Source: Candidatus Cloacimonadales bacterium (GTDB lineage: Bacteria; Cloacimonadota; Cloacimonadia; Cloacimonadales; JAFGVF01). Taken from it: a stretch of DNA of 64,000 nt. Within the stretch, counting starts at the first letter, position 1, and each line of letters begins with the position of its first letter. The stretch spans positions 2,048,001 through 2,112,000 of the forward strand of contig OY762964.1 in assembly GCA_963667035.1 (NCBI GenBank). Reading direction: 5' to 3'. Of the stretch, positions 30,754 through 41,668 are shown piece after piece. The position numbers and the translations under genes were made by a program. The notes beneath the pieces were generated by a model. It made no database searches and was not told the DNA's origin. It worked only from the letters and a program-made list of their open reading frames with translations.

Positions 30754-33489
30754 ATGTCTGAAACTAAAAGAGTATATACTTTTGGAAATGGAAAAGCTGA
30801 AGGTAATAGCTCATTAAAGAACCTTTTAGGTGGTAAAGGAGCTAATCTTGCAGAGATGAACTTAATCGGTGTTCCTGTACCTCCGGGATTTACAATCACT
30901 ACCGATGTTTGCACAGAATACTATCAGGTTGGCGAAGAGAAGATGAAAGAGATTCTTAAGCCTGAAGTTGAAGCTGCAGTTAAAACTCTGGAAGAAATCC
31001 TCGAAACCTCTTTCGGTTCTAAAGAAAACCCATTACTCGTATCTGTTCGTTCAGGGGCTAGAGTTTCAATGCCGGGTATGATGGACACAGTTCTTAACCT
31101 CGGTTTGAATGATGATGCGGTTGAAGGAATTGCTAAGAAATCAGGTAATCCTAGATTTGCTTGGGATTCATATCGTCGTTTTGTGCAAATGTACGGCGAC
31201 GTTGTGCTTGATATGAAACCATCTTCAAAGGAAGAAATTGATCCTTTTGAAGAGATTATAGAAGCTGTTAAACATGAGAAAGGCGTTGAGAATGACCTTG
31301 ATCTTGGAACAGAAGACCTTAAAGAGCTTGTAATTCGTTTCAAAGCTGCCGTTAAGAAAAATACAGGTAAAGAATTCCCTGATAACCCTTGGGATCAACT
31401 CTGGGGTGCAATCTTTGCTGTATTCGGTAGCTGGAACAACGAAAGAGCTATCTATTACCGTAAAATGAACGGAATCCCTGGCGAATGGGGTACTGCAGTA
31501 AACGTACAAGCTATGGTTTACGGTAATATGGGTGACAACTCAGCTACCGGTGTTGCTTTCACTCGTGACGCTGCAACCGGTGAAAATATCTTTAACGGTG
31601 AATATCTTATCAATGCACAAGGTGAAGACGTTGTTGCAGGTATCAGAACACCTCAGGAAATCACTCTTGAAGGTTCACACCGTTGGGCAAAACTTGCAGG
31701 CGTTACAGAAGAAGATAGAAAAGCTAAATATCCTTCTCTTGAAGAAGCTATGCCAGTTGTTTACAAAGAACTTTATGCTGTTCAAGAAAAACTTGAAAAT
31801 CATTATCATGATATGCAAGACCTTGAATTCACTATTCAAGATGGCAAACTCTGGTTACTCCAAACTCGTAATGGTAAGAGAACCGGTCCTGCTATGGTAA
31901 GAATGGCTATGGAAATGCTTGAAGAAGACTTTATTGATGAAAAGACAGCTCTTCTTCGTGTAGAACCTGCTAAGCTTGATGAACTTCTTCATCCTGTATT
32001 TGAAAAAGAAGCTCTTGAAAGTGCAAAAGAAATTGCTAAAGGTCTTCCTGCATCTCCTGGTGCTGCTACAGGTAAAATCTGTTTCTTCTCAGAAGAAGCT
32101 GAAGCTATCGTTAATAAGAACAAAGGTGAACAACTTATTCTTGTTAGAATCGAAACTTCACCGGAAGATCTTGCAGGTATGAATACAGCCCAAGGTATCC
32201 TTACTGCTCGTGGCGGCATGACCTCTCATGCTGCTGTTGTTGCTCGTGGAATGGGTAAATGCTGTGTATCCGGTGTTGGTAATCTTGAGATTAATTATAA
32301 AGCCAGAACCATGAAAGTTGATGGTGTTGTATATAACGAAGGTGACTGGATTTCTCTTAACGGTTCAACCGGTAAAGTATACGAAGGTAAAATCGCTACT
32401 AATGATCCTGAGCTTTCAGGAAACTTCGGTAAACTTATGGATCTTACTAAGAAATTCACAAGAATGTATGTAAGAACTAATGCTGACACACCTCATGATG
32501 CTGAAGTTGCAAGAAACTTTGGTGCCGAAGGTATCGGTCTTTGCCGTACAGAACACATGTTCTTCGACGGAGAAAGAATCAAAGCTATGCGTGAAATGAT
32601 TCTTGCCGAAGATGTTGAAGGCAGAAAGAAAGCCCTTACAAAGATTCTTCCTTACCAAAGAGAAGACTTTGAAGGTATCTTCAAAGCTATGAGTGGATTC
32701 GGTGTAACAGTTCGTCTTCTTGACCCACCATTACACGAGTTTGTTCCTCATGAGGACGCTAATCAGAAGATTATGGCTGAAGAAATGGGAATTTCAGTTG
32801 AAGATGTTAAGAAGAAAGTTGAAGACCTTCATGAATTCAACCCAATGCTTGGACATCGCGGTTGCCGTCTTGGTAATACATATCCTGAAATCACAGAGAT
32901 GCAGGCAAGAGCTATCATCGAAGCTGCTCTCAATGTGAAAGCTGAAGGTTACGATCCTAGACCTGAAATAATGGTCCCGCTCGTAGGTGTTTATCAAGAA
33001 CTTAAAATGCAGTCAGATATCATTAAAACAACTGCTGAAAAAGTATTTGCCGAAAGAGAAGAAAGAATCGACTTCATGGTTGGTACTATGATTGAGATTC
33101 CTCGTGCTGCTCTCACTGCTGATCAGGTTGCCGAATATGCCGAGTTCTTCTCATTCGGTACAAATGACCTCACTCAGATGACATTCGGTTATTCCCGTGA
33201 TGACTACGGAAAATTCAAAGATGTATATCTTGACGCTAAACTCCTTGATGTAGATCCATTTGAAAGCTTAGATCAAACAGGTGTTGGTCAGCTTGTTGAG
33301 ATGGGTGTTCTTAAAGGTAGAAAGACAAGACCAGAGCTTAAGGTTGGAATCTGCGGAGAACATGGTGGAGAACCAAAATCAGTTGAATTCTGTCACAGAA
33401 CAGGACTTAACTATGTAAGTTGCTCACCTTTCCGTGTACCGATTGCACGTCTTGCTGCTGCTCAAGCTGCTGCTAAAGAAGTTAAATAG
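30754..33489 (+). CDS. ppdK: Pyruvate, phosphate dikinase
   Basis: LLGGKGANLAEM, SVRSGARVSMPGMMDT, GGMTSHAAVVARG, GIGLCRTEHMF, GICGEHGG; RBS AGGAGG. Confidence 0.99.
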   Translation: MSETKRVYTFGNGKAEGNSSLKNLLGGKGANLAEMNLIGVPVPPGFTITTDVCTEYYQVGEEKMKEILKPEVEAAVKTLEEILETSFGSKENPLLVSVRSGARVSMPGMMDTVLNLGLNDDAVEGIAKKSGNPRFAWDSYRRFVQMYGDVVLDMKPSSKEEIDPFEEIIEAVKHEKGVENDLDLGTEDLKELVIRFKAAVKKNTGKEFPDNPWDQLWGAIFAVFGSWNNERAIYYRKMNGIPGEWGTAVNVQAMVYGNMGDNSATGVAFTRDAATGENIFNGEYLINAQGEDVVAGIRTPQEITLEGSHRWAKLAGVTEEDRKAKYPSLEEAMPVVYKELYAVQEKLENHYHDMQDLEFTIQDGKLWLLQTRNGKRTGPAMVRMAMEMLEEDFIDEKTALLRVEPAKLDELLHPVFEKEALESAKEIAKGLPASPGAATGKICFFSEEAEAIVNKNKGEQLILVRIETSPEDLAGMNTAQGILTARGGMTSHAAVVARGMGKCCVSGVGNLEINYKARTMKVDGVVYNEGDWISLNGSTGKVYEGKIATNDPELSGNFGKLMDLTKKFTRMYVRTNADTPHDAEVARNFGAEGIGLCRTEHMFFDGERIKAMREMILAEDVEGRKKALTKILPYQREDFEGIFKAMSGFGVTVRLLDPPLHEFVPHEDANQKIMAEEMGISVEDVKKKVEDLHEFNPMLGHRGCRLGNTYPEITEMQARAIIEAALNVKAEGYDPRPEIMVPLVGVYQELKMQSDIIKTTAEKVFAEREERIDFMVGTMIEIPRAALTADQVAEYAEFFSFGTNDLTQMTFGYSRDDYGKFKDVYLDAKLLDVDPFESLDQTGVGQLVEMGVLKGRKTRPELKVGICGEHGGEPKSVEFCHRTGLNYVSCSPFRVPIARLAAAQAAAKEVK

Positions 33490-33509
33490 TTAACTTATTT
33501 ATAGATATC

Positions 33510-33538
33510 GGGACAAGCATCATGCTTGTCCCTTTTTT
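33510..33538 (+). terminator. Rho-independent terminator of ppdK
   Basis: GGGACAAGCA-TCA-TGCTTGTCCC followed by T6. Confidence 0.92.
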
Positions 33539-33581
33539 ATTTTCTAACACATAAAGTATTAATTATCAAACAATTTATCCA

Positions 33582-33611
33582 TTGACACCAAAACTAACTA
33601 TCCGTTAGAAT
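33582..33611 (+). promoter_or_regulatory. Sigma70-type promoter
   Basis: TTGACA-18 nt-TAGAAT upstream of 33640. Confidence 0.6.
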
Positions 33612-33639
33612 TGATTTTATTCAACTTGCTGGGGGTTAA

Positions 33640-34221
33640 ATGCAAGTAACCGTTATTGATGGATGTGGATACTATGATGATTATGCAAACCAACTTAGAC
33701 AATGCCTAATCGATTCATTTAAATCCGAAGTTTATAATTTTGAGATAGTATCAATTGAGAAGTACTTTATTAAGCCGTGCGTTGGATGCTTAAACTGTTG
33801 GTTCAAGACGCCCGGTAAGTGCATATTTAAAGACGATATGGAGACAGTTCTTAAAGCACTTATTAACTGTGATATCCTCATATTGTTAGGTGATATTGCC
33901 TTCGGTGGTTTCAGTAGCACTTTAAAAACAGCTTTAGACAGGTCCGTAAGCCTATTCGTACCTTTTTTAACTAATAAAAAAGGCACATCGCATTATCAGT
34001 TAAGATATCCGCCCAAAAGAGGAATTGCCTATCTTGGCATATTAAAAGATGAACATTACCCTAGTCTGGAAGATACATTCATTAGGTTGACCAACAAGAT
34101 GTCTAGTGATTTTGCCTCCGATAGCAATGTCTCTTTAGTTATACATCAAGATATAAAACCATATGAGGAGTGCTTAAGAATCAAAAAAGTTCTTCACGAA
34201 GGATTGCTATGCAAGCTTTAA
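33640..34221 (+). CDS. Flavodoxin-family / iron-sulfur flavoprotein
   Basis: IKPCVGCLNCWFKTPGKCIFKDDM, FGGFSSTLKTALDR. Confidence 0.85.
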   Translation: MQVTVIDGCGYYDDYANQLRQCLIDSFKSEVYNFEIVSIEKYFIKPCVGCLNCWFKTPGKCIFKDDMETVLKALINCDILILLGDIAFGGFSSTLKTALDRSVSLFVPFLTNKKGTSHYQLRYPPKRGIAYLGILKDEHYPSLEDTFIRLTNKMSSDFASDSNVSLVIHQDIKPYEECLRIKKVLHEGLLCKL

Positions 34222-34871
34222 TCCTTATCGGAAGTCCCAAGGCAAACAAATCCAACTCATTCTCTATTGCAGAATATCTGTCCATTAAACTACAAAGAAA
34301 AGAAGTGCGATGCCATTTCCAGAACATTCTTGCCAATTATACAAAGATTTCCGATATTGTTAGATTTATAGGGAATGTTGATATTGTAGTGCTGGTAACA
34401 CCACTATATTCATGTGCCTTACCGGGTCATGTAACCTATTTTATGGAAAGAATATACATGGAGTTGGAACAATCAAGCAAAAGAGAGATTGCAACTTTCA
34501 TGATTGTTAACTCCGCATTCTCAGAGCACTACCAATCTGACATAGCTTCCGAGATATTCAAGAACTGGAGCGATATGTGTGATTTTAATTATCATGGAAC
34601 AGTTGCAATCGGAATGGGACAAGCTCTGAAGGGAATTTCTCTACATAAACGGTTGTTTACTTTGAGATTAAGAAGAAATCTTACACTACTTGCTAATGAC
34701 ATTAGTAAAGGAGAATCAATATCTTCATTTATTTTCGATAGATTCAAAGACCCTCTACTACCGGTATGGTTCTATAAGAGAATTGCTGAACTCCAAGTTA
34801 AACATAAATTCAAGAAATACAATACTAAACCTTTCATAAAGCCCTACATGCGAAAAAATATTAATGACTAA
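34209..34871 (+). CDS. NAD(P)H-dependent FMN-reductase-like flavoprotein
   Basis: LIGSPKANKSNS, TPLY..ALPG; start at ATG 34209. Confidence 0.8.
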   Translation: MQALILIGSPKANKSNSFSIAEYLSIKLQRKEVRCHFQNILANYTKISDIVRFIGNVDIVVLVTPLYSCALPGHVTYFMERIYMELEQSSKREIATFMIVNSAFSEHYQSDIASEIFKNWSDMCDFNYHGTVAIGMGQALKGISLHKRLFTLRLRRNLTLLANDISKGESISSFIFDRFKDPLLPVWFYKRIAELQVKHKFKKYNTKPFIKPYMRKNIND

Positions 34872-34874
34872 ACT

Positions 34875-35753
34875 CTAATCCCTGTTCTTAAGATAGTAGT
34901 TCATACTGACTCTCATAGATGTCAGAGTTATCTCCTTAACATTTGGATTAGACTCCAGTTTCTTTAAGAGATTCTCAGATCTGAAAAGCTCTTTCTTATG
35001 TTCAAGAACCATTAGATAGTATCTGAAAGCATCAATATCTGTGTTTATGTTAACAATATAATTCTCTAGCAGCTCAATTCCTTTGGAATAAAAGCCGCAA
35101 CTGAGAGCGGCTCTTGCATAGAGGTAGATATATCTTAATCTCCATCCGGTATCTTCAAGAACCTCTTCAATTTGTCTAAAAGCTTTTACAGCCAAAAAGT
35201 TCTCACCAATCATGTAGCGTATAATCCCACCTAAAGCAATTATTCTAGCATCATTATCAAAATCTCTGAGTCCTATATCCACATAATCAAGAGCTTCATC
35301 AAATTTGCCGGACTGAGCCAGAATTTCTATATATTGTATAATAGTTTCAGGATAAGGTGAATCATAGATATATTGGTCCAGAAAGTCTATTGCTTCGCTT
35401 AGTTTGTTCAATCTATGCAAGACATAGACCTTCTTATGAACAACATTAATGGGAACATCATCAAGCATATCAAAATACTTCAAAGAAGAGACAAAATCGT
35501 CAATCATTAGATAAGCATCAGCTGTTTTACTGATGAGTTCTTGGTCCGAACTACCGTATTTCATAGCTTGTTTGTACAATTCAATGCTCTTATTGGGAGC
35601 ATTTTTTTCCATATATATGTCACCCATTAACTCATATAGTTCAGAATTATGAGGATGAGAATCTATACCTTCTCTAACAAGGTTAACCGCTTTCAACCAA
35701 TTGGTTTTTGCAAGCTCTCTTGCACTAACTAATAATCCTTCTACATTATCCAT
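34875..35753 (-). CDS. Tetratricopeptide-repeat protein
   Basis: TPR-like repeats (LYELMGDIYMEKN..SIELYKQA). Confidence 0.75.
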   Translation of the reverse strand: MDNVEGLLVSARELAKTNWLKAVNLVREGIDSHPHNSELYELMGDIYMEKNAPNKSIELYKQAMKYGSSDQELISKTADAYLMIDDFVSSLKYFDMLDDVPINVVHKKVYVLHRLNKLSEAIDFLDQYIYDSPYPETIIQYIEILAQSGKFDEALDYVDIGLRDFDNDARIIALGGIIRYMIGENFLAVKAFRQIEEVLEDTGWRLRYIYLYARAALSCGFYSKGIELLENYIVNINTDIDAFRYYLMVLEHKKELFRSENLLKKLESNPNVKEITLTSMRVSMNYYLKNRD

Positions 35754-35755
35754 AT

Positions 35756-36727
35756 TTATATTTTAAATAACCTTTTCAATTCTCTCATGATAGTATCGAC
35801 ATCAGTGGTCTGATTAATCAAATTTCTTGTCTTCGAACCACCTGGAATACCTTTTGTATATGTACTGACATGTGCTCTAAACTCTTTTATTGCCTGTTCA
35901 TGTTTATGCTCATTATCTTCAAGTACATATTTCAAGTGTTTTTCAACTACACTATACTTATACCTAAAACCAAGTGGTATAGTATATTTATCATCCAAGT
36001 AAGCTCTAATTTCCTTGAATATCCACGGCTTACCCAGACTCCCTCTACCAATCATTATTGAGTCGCATCCGGTTTTATCGAACATTTCCATTGCAGTAAG
36101 CACATCATTAATATCACCGTTGCCAACCACCGGTATAGATACTGCTTGTTTTAGATTCTTTATGTGCTCCCAGTCGGCAACTCCCGAAAAGAGTTGAGAC
36201 CTGGTTCTCGGATGCAGGCATAGTAAATCGGCTCCTGCGTCTTCCATCATCTTACCATAATCAAGATAGTTGATAGAATTGAAGTCCCAACCAGAGCGAA
36301 ACTTAGTGGATAGAATAATATCAGTTCCTTCAAGAACTTTTCTTACTTCTTTGACAATTTCCACAGCCAACTCAGGTGTTTGCATTAAAGCAGACCCGGC
36401 TCCACGTTTTACAACCTTTTTAACCGGACAACCCATGTTAATGTCAATACCATCCGGTTTTAATTCTGCTATTATCTCTGCACCTTTTGCCATTATAGAG
36501 GGTTTGTTTCCAAAAATTTGAACAAAATAAGGACGCTGTTCTTCAGTTGACTTAGCATATTTTATGGTATTACTTTCACCGTAGACTAAGCCATCGGCAC
36601 TTACCATTTCGCTAACCAGAACATCTACCCCACACTCTTTACATATCCTTCTAAAGGCATTATCCGTATAACCTGCCAGAGGAGCTAACCAAATCTTTCT
36701 GTTAACCACATAACCCGTATTCTTCAA
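35756..36727 (-). CDS. dusB: tRNA-dihydrouridine synthase B
   Basis: LAPLAGYTD, SEMVS, DINMGCP, GAGSAL, HPRT, GNGDI, MIGRG. Confidence 0.93.
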   Translation of the reverse strand: MKNTGYVVNRKIWLAPLAGYTDNAFRRICKECGVDVLVSEMVSADGLVYGESNTIKYAKSTEEQRPYFVQIFGNKPSIMAKGAEIIAELKPDGIDINMGCPVKKVVKRGAGSALMQTPELAVEIVKEVRKVLEGTDIILSTKFRSGWDFNSINYLDYGKMMEDAGADLLCLHPRTRSQLFSGVADWEHIKNLKQAVSIPVVGNGDINDVLTAMEMFDKTGCDSIMIGRGSLGKPWIFKEIRAYLDDKYTIPLGFRYKYSVVEKHLKYVLEDNEHKHEQAIKEFRAHVSTYTKGIPGGSKTRNLINQTTDVDTIMRELKRLFKI

Positions 36728-37467
36728 ATCAACCTCTTCAGTTTATACATGAATAAAGATGCGGCAATAGCGGCATTAAGCGATTCAATGTTCTCTGTTT
36801 GTGGTAATCTGACTTTATGATTCAAAAGGGGGATAACATCTTCTCTGATACCGTGAGCTTCGGAACCAATTACTAGAATCAACGGTTCTTGAGGAATATC
36901 CAATGACCTGATGTCGATAGAATCTTCCAGCACCGCACCTATCTTTACCTCTTCCCTCTCTTTAAGCCAGTTAGTGGTCTTGTACTCTATCGGAATAGAG
37001 AAAACCGTTCCAAGTGATGATCTGATTACTTTGGGTGAAAGCAATTCACAACTATCTTCAGATAAGACAATTCCCGAGATGCCCGTAGCTACGGCTGTTC
37101 TTATAATTGTTCCCAAATTACCCGGATCTGAGATTCCATCCAGATAAAGGATAAAATCATTGTCTTTTATAGGTTTTGTTATTGCAGGGAAAAGACAAGC
37201 AATATCTTGGGGATGCTCCGTATCACAGATTAGTTTCATCTGTTGCGGGGTTACATCATAAAAATCAACTCTAACATTCTCCAAGAATGGGAAATCTTTA
37301 TGAGAATTCCCTTGCTTTAAATATACTTCTTTAGGGTACAAACCATTATGAATTGCTTGTTCAACAGTCCGCACTCCCTCAACAATTACTTCTCTCTTTA
37401 TTTTCCTAAACTTCTTCTGTTGAAGTTTCTTAAGCTCTTTACAAGCGTTCTTACTTAATGGCTTCAT
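36724..37467 (-). CDS. TrmH/SpoU-family RNA methyltransferase
   Basis: DPGNLGTIIRTA, GSEAHG, ESLNAAIA. Confidence 0.93.
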   Translation of the reverse strand: MKPLSKNACKELKKLQQKKFRKIKREVIVEGVRTVEQAIHNGLYPKEVYLKQGNSHKDFPFLENVRVDFYDVTPQQMKLICDTEHPQDIACLFPAITKPIKDNDFILYLDGISDPGNLGTIIRTAVATGISGIVLSEDSCELLSPKVIRSSLGTVFSIPIEYKTTNWLKEREEVKIGAVLEDSIDIRSLDIPQEPLILVIGSEAHGIREDVIPLLNHKVRLPQTENIESLNAAIAASLFMYKLKRLI

Positions 37468-39151
37468 TGAATACTTTTCTTAGTTCCTCTTTTTCAATAG
37501 TATCTATCTGATGATTGAAGTCTCCGTTATCATCAATCATAAACTTTTTTGCATATTCTACATAGGTATCCGAGTCAAGTAAGAATTCAACAATATTCTT
37601 ATCAATCTCTTTAGCTCTTACTGCATAACCGAGTATCCTAAATGTTTCTGTGAGTAGTTTACCTTTTTTGTATGGTCTGTCGGAAGCAGTGAGAGCTTCA
37701 AACATATCAGCTACAGCCAGTATTCGAGATTGGACAGGTAACTGTTCTTCATTCAAATGTTTAGGATATCCCTTACCATTAAGTTTCTCGTGGTGAGAAG
37801 CTGCATATATAGCAACATTCTCATATTTCTTAGGGAAGGTCAGTTCGGATAATATATCCCAAGAAACTTGAGCATGATTATTCATGATTTCTCTTTCTTC
37901 AGGAGTAAATGTACCCTTTCTTATACTAAGATTCTTTAGCTCGGAATCATTAATAATGAAGTATTCTTCTCCATCGGAATGATATTTAAACTGGTGTATC
38001 TCTTTAAGTTTATCTATTGCTTCATCGGATAGGAACTCTCCACCGATATTGGCAACTTCAATAAAACTTAGATAATCGTTTATTCTCTCTAAGAGCTTTT
38101 TGGTTTTATCTCTGAATTCATTATCAACTCCGGGTTTATGAGATTCTTTAAGAATGACTTGTTTAAGTAGTTGACCTCTTAATCTGACTACCTCAATACC
38201 ATCAATGAGCTTCTCTAGTTTTGTTGCCTTATCCATGATAAATTCGGGAGTAGAAATCTTACCGACATCGTGCATCCATCCTGCTATTGAAATCTCAGTT
38301 ATCTCGTTAGCACTAAATTTAAGGTCCTTATAATAACCATAATCTGCTTTATTAATAGCATGACTAATCATTTCTGTTAAAGTCGCTACTTTAGCTATAT
38401 GACCACCTGTATATTTAGATTTCTTATCAATTGCAACAGCAATAGCTCTGATTACTTGCCTGATAAGTTTTTCCAAGTCTTCAATCAAGCGTTTATTAGA
38501 AAGTGAGATAGCTGCCTGAGATGCCAAAGAATTCAACATCACTACATGCTCGGGAGAGAAGCTGATAATATTGTTCTCTTTATCCATTGCATTAATCAAT
38601 TGAATCACACCTAGAATCTCACCTTCGTGATTCTTTAGCGGGATTGCTACCATCGATTTACTTCTATAACTATTGGTTCTGTCTATCTCTCTTGTTTTCT
38701 CGGCATCAAACATGCTTTGCTTATACACATCATCAAAATTCTGTATCTTTTTAGTATGGAACACATAAGAAACCATATTCTTCAGTATCTTGTTTCCATT
38801 CTCGTCAAACAATTGCACTACAGGCCAGTTTAACTCTCCGTGAGAACCACCAATATGTAAGTTCATTGATCTGTTATAAACAAGCTTGTATTCAAGAGAT
38901 CTGTTATCGCTACTAACGGTATAAATCGTTGCTCCATCCGAATTTGTATATTCAAGAGCTTCTTGTAGGATTAAATCCAGTATTTTGTTTATATCATTCT
39001 CACTTGATAGTGCTTCTCCAATCTGAGTAAGTTGCTTTATATGTTCTAATTGCCTTTGAGCATGAAAGTTAATTGTATCAACTACAGTATTCAACATTTC
39101 ATTAATTTCAGGATCAGTACTGAATGTATAATTTCGCATAAGTTGCTCCAA
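37451..39151 (-). CDS. GAF + HD-GYP phosphodiesterase
   Basis: GAF region (PLKNHEGEILGVIQLIN), YTGGH, MHDVGK, HHEKLNGKGYP, ADMFEALT..RPYK. Confidence 0.92.
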   Translation of the reverse strand: MEQLMRNYTFSTDPEINEMLNTVVDTINFHAQRQLEHIKQLTQIGEALSSENDINKILDLILQEALEYTNSDGATIYTVSSDNRSLEYKLVYNRSMNLHIGGSHGELNWPVVQLFDENGNKILKNMVSYVFHTKKIQNFDDVYKQSMFDAEKTREIDRTNSYRSKSMVAIPLKNHEGEILGVIQLINAMDKENNIISFSPEHVVMLNSLASQAAISLSNKRLIEDLEKLIRQVIRAIAVAIDKKSKYTGGHIAKVATLTEMISHAINKADYGYYKDLKFSANEITEISIAGWMHDVGKISTPEFIMDKATKLEKLIDGIEVVRLRGQLLKQVILKESHKPGVDNEFRDKTKKLLERINDYLSFIEVANIGGEFLSDEAIDKLKEIHQFKYHSDGEEYFIINDSELKNLSIRKGTFTPEEREIMNNHAQVSWDILSELTFPKKYENVAIYAASHHEKLNGKGYPKHLNEEQLPVQSRILAVADMFEALTASDRPYKKGKLLTETFRILGYAVRAKEIDKNIVEFLLDSDTYVEYAKKFMIDDNGDFNHQIDTIEKEELRKVFNEAIK

Positions 39152-39220
39152 TGTTATAGTTAACTAAATAATAATTGTAAATCAATGCTTTAGTCAACAA
39201 ATTTCTGATTTCGGATATAT

Positions 39221-39247
39221 AAAAAGACCGATACTTATGTACCGGTC
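39221..39247 (-). terminator. Probable terminator downstream of the FG-GAP/CTD gene
   Basis: Minus strand GACCGGTAC-ATAA-GTATCGGTC hairpin followed by T5. Confidence 0.6.
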
Positions 39248-39418
39248 CATGTCTTAATAAATCAATGTATCTATTCATCAATACAATCTTACTTGTATAC
39301 CAATCACCCTTAATCAGTGTCGTTCAAGCTGAACGACTTACAACCTCTTTATTTGAACTATCTTATTCATGTCTCATGGAGTCGTACTCCTTTTTGGTCG
39401 TATGGATTCGTGCTCAGG

Positions 39419-41218
39419 CTATTTAAGTAATATAACTTTTTGAGTAGAGATCTTATCGCCATTCGACAGCTTACAGAAATATACTCCACTAGCTACATTC
39501 TCAGGTTTCCATTCATAGCTATGTTTACCTGCAATTACATTCCCTGCAAGCAATGTCTCAACTAACTCACCTTTGATATTATATATTTTAAGTGTTACAT
39601 AGGAGCTGTTTGTTAAGCTATAAGATATTGTTGTTTCCGGATTGAAAGGGTTTGGATAAACAGAATCAATAGATAAAGTTGGAACATTCATAACAGTATT
39701 GTCTGAATTACCAACACTCTAGTATGTGAATGACTGTTCTTCTGCGAATGTAGAACGAGCAAAGGAATTATCAATAGATTGGCAACTCCAATAGTAAGTT
39801 TCATTCTCATCAAATACTGAGCTTTTGATAAGATAGAAGCAATTAGAGTTGATTCTACCAAATACAGGTCTCAATGCTCTACCATCCGGTAACGCCATTG
39901 GGGAAACAATATCACAACCGCCCGGAGTAGAACCTATCCTAACTTCATAAGTCAAACTAATATCAGGTTGCTCTATATCTGTTCCCATATCCCATTCAAA
40001 CTTAAAATATTCTCCTTCTTCGCTGATACTTAGATTAGTTGGAGGAGTTGGAACGTTATTAGTTGGAGTGTCTTCATTTCTGTATACTCTTGTAATCGGT
40101 ATATTATTACTACTTGTCCCTGTTAGTACAATATCTAAATCTGAGTCATTGTCATAATCACACCATTCTAATGAACAATTAGATAATTGATATAGTGAAA
40201 TTGTTGTTTCATCAAGTAAGCTACTATCATTACTAAATAATGATGTAAAGGTTTCATAAGGACTATTCCAATATTGGTCACCTGAAATTGCACAATCAAG
40301 GTCAGAATCATTATCAAAGTCTCCCCACTCACAGTCTCCGAAGAAAGCTCCGGGCAAGTCCATACTCAAATCGACAAAAGTTCCAGTTAAGTTCATATAA
40401 ACAGTAGATATACTTTGTGCATCCGGTTTTAAACCTGTTAGTAGAATATCCTGATAACCATCATTGTTGAAATCTCCATGACATAATGATGAATATCTAA
40501 CTCCATTAAGTACATTATCGATAGGATTGAAACCATTCCCGGTATTCTCATAAATAATGGCTCTAAAATTTGTTGATGAATCTAAGCCTGTAACCACTAT
40601 ATCAATCAAAGAATCATTGTTATAATCAAATACTAGAATTGAACCTGTTTGTAACTGTTCAAAGTCTATACTTGATTGAATGAAACCATTATCTGTATTC
40701 TCGTACAAGACAGTATTATAATACTCATCATTTGTATATCCCATAACTAACAAATCCGAATCTCCATCGTTATCATAATCAATAAAATGACTTTCTCCTA
40801 CAAAATCAATTATTGGAGTATCCAAAACATTAATTGACCCTTTTTCATTAATATACAATTGGGATATATATACATCTGTTGGATCTATCTGGGATAGACC
40901 ATTTATAAATAGGTCTAAATCACCATCATTATCGTAATCGAACCAAGTATGTTTACCTAATATTGACCCACTAATATTAGAAACTATACTTGTTAACTCA
41001 GCATTAGAGTTCTGATAAAGACCTGTTTCGATTGTTGTGGATTCTTGATTTCGTGCACCAGAAACACATAAATCTATAAAACCATCATTATCAAAATCAA
41101 CCCAAGAGACACAACCCTTCTTATAGTTCTCAATATTGGAACTAGTATTTGTTAATGTTATTCCAAAGCAAATTGAAGATAAAAGCACTATCGTGATTAT
41201 TGAGATAATCTTACTCAT
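39419..41218 (-). pseudogene. Secreted FG-GAP/VCBS-repeat protein with FlgD-like CTD, interrupted by an in-frame TAG at 39719-39721
   Basis: Seven D(F/Y)xND repeats, signal peptide, RBS GGAGG. The frame continues SFTY*SVGNSDNTVMNVPTLSIDSVYPNPFNPE...KVILLK. Confidence 0.8.
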
Positions 41219-41479
41219 AATTTCCCCCTCCAATAAAATTTCGTAACAAAGTATAGCTATGGAGCAGACTATTTATGAAATAATTCACAAGTTCTAAATC
41301 CGCTATATATCTATTATCTCGTTCATGATAAGCAATAGTTATATAGTCAAGTAGATTGTTTTCAAAAATAATAGAGATTAGCTCACACTTCTCTCCTGAT
41401 TTACCCATGTGTAATAAGCAATAAATAGAAAGATGTTAATCACTAACAACCTACATAATTCTTACTTTTCAAGTAAGGG

Positions 41480-41668
41480 TTATGCAAGTGTTGAGTAAGT
41501 GTTATGTAAAGAATATGTGAATATTGCTCATGGGAACATAATGGGAGTAGAAGTGGAAGATATATGATTAGTTTCTTACTCGACTTATAAGTTCATCTGA
41601 TACCAATCTGATTCTAATCCGATTCTCTACTATCGTAACGAGTATCTAACGAAGAGCTAACGGGCATC
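41480..41668. repeat. Cluster of degenerate 11-bp-period triplet arrays
   Basis: TTATGCAAGTG/TTGAGTAAGTG/TTATGTAAAGA; ATGGGAACATA/ATGGGAGTAGA/AGTGGAAGATA; ATCTGATACCA/ATCTGATTCTA/ATCCGATTCTC; TAACGAGTATC/TAACGAAGAGC/TAACGGGCATC. Confidence 0.6.

Noticed and set aside
30924..32997. Numerous antisense and alternate-frame ORFs within ppdK and other genes
   Set aside because: Shadow ORFs produced by codon bias in long genuine genes
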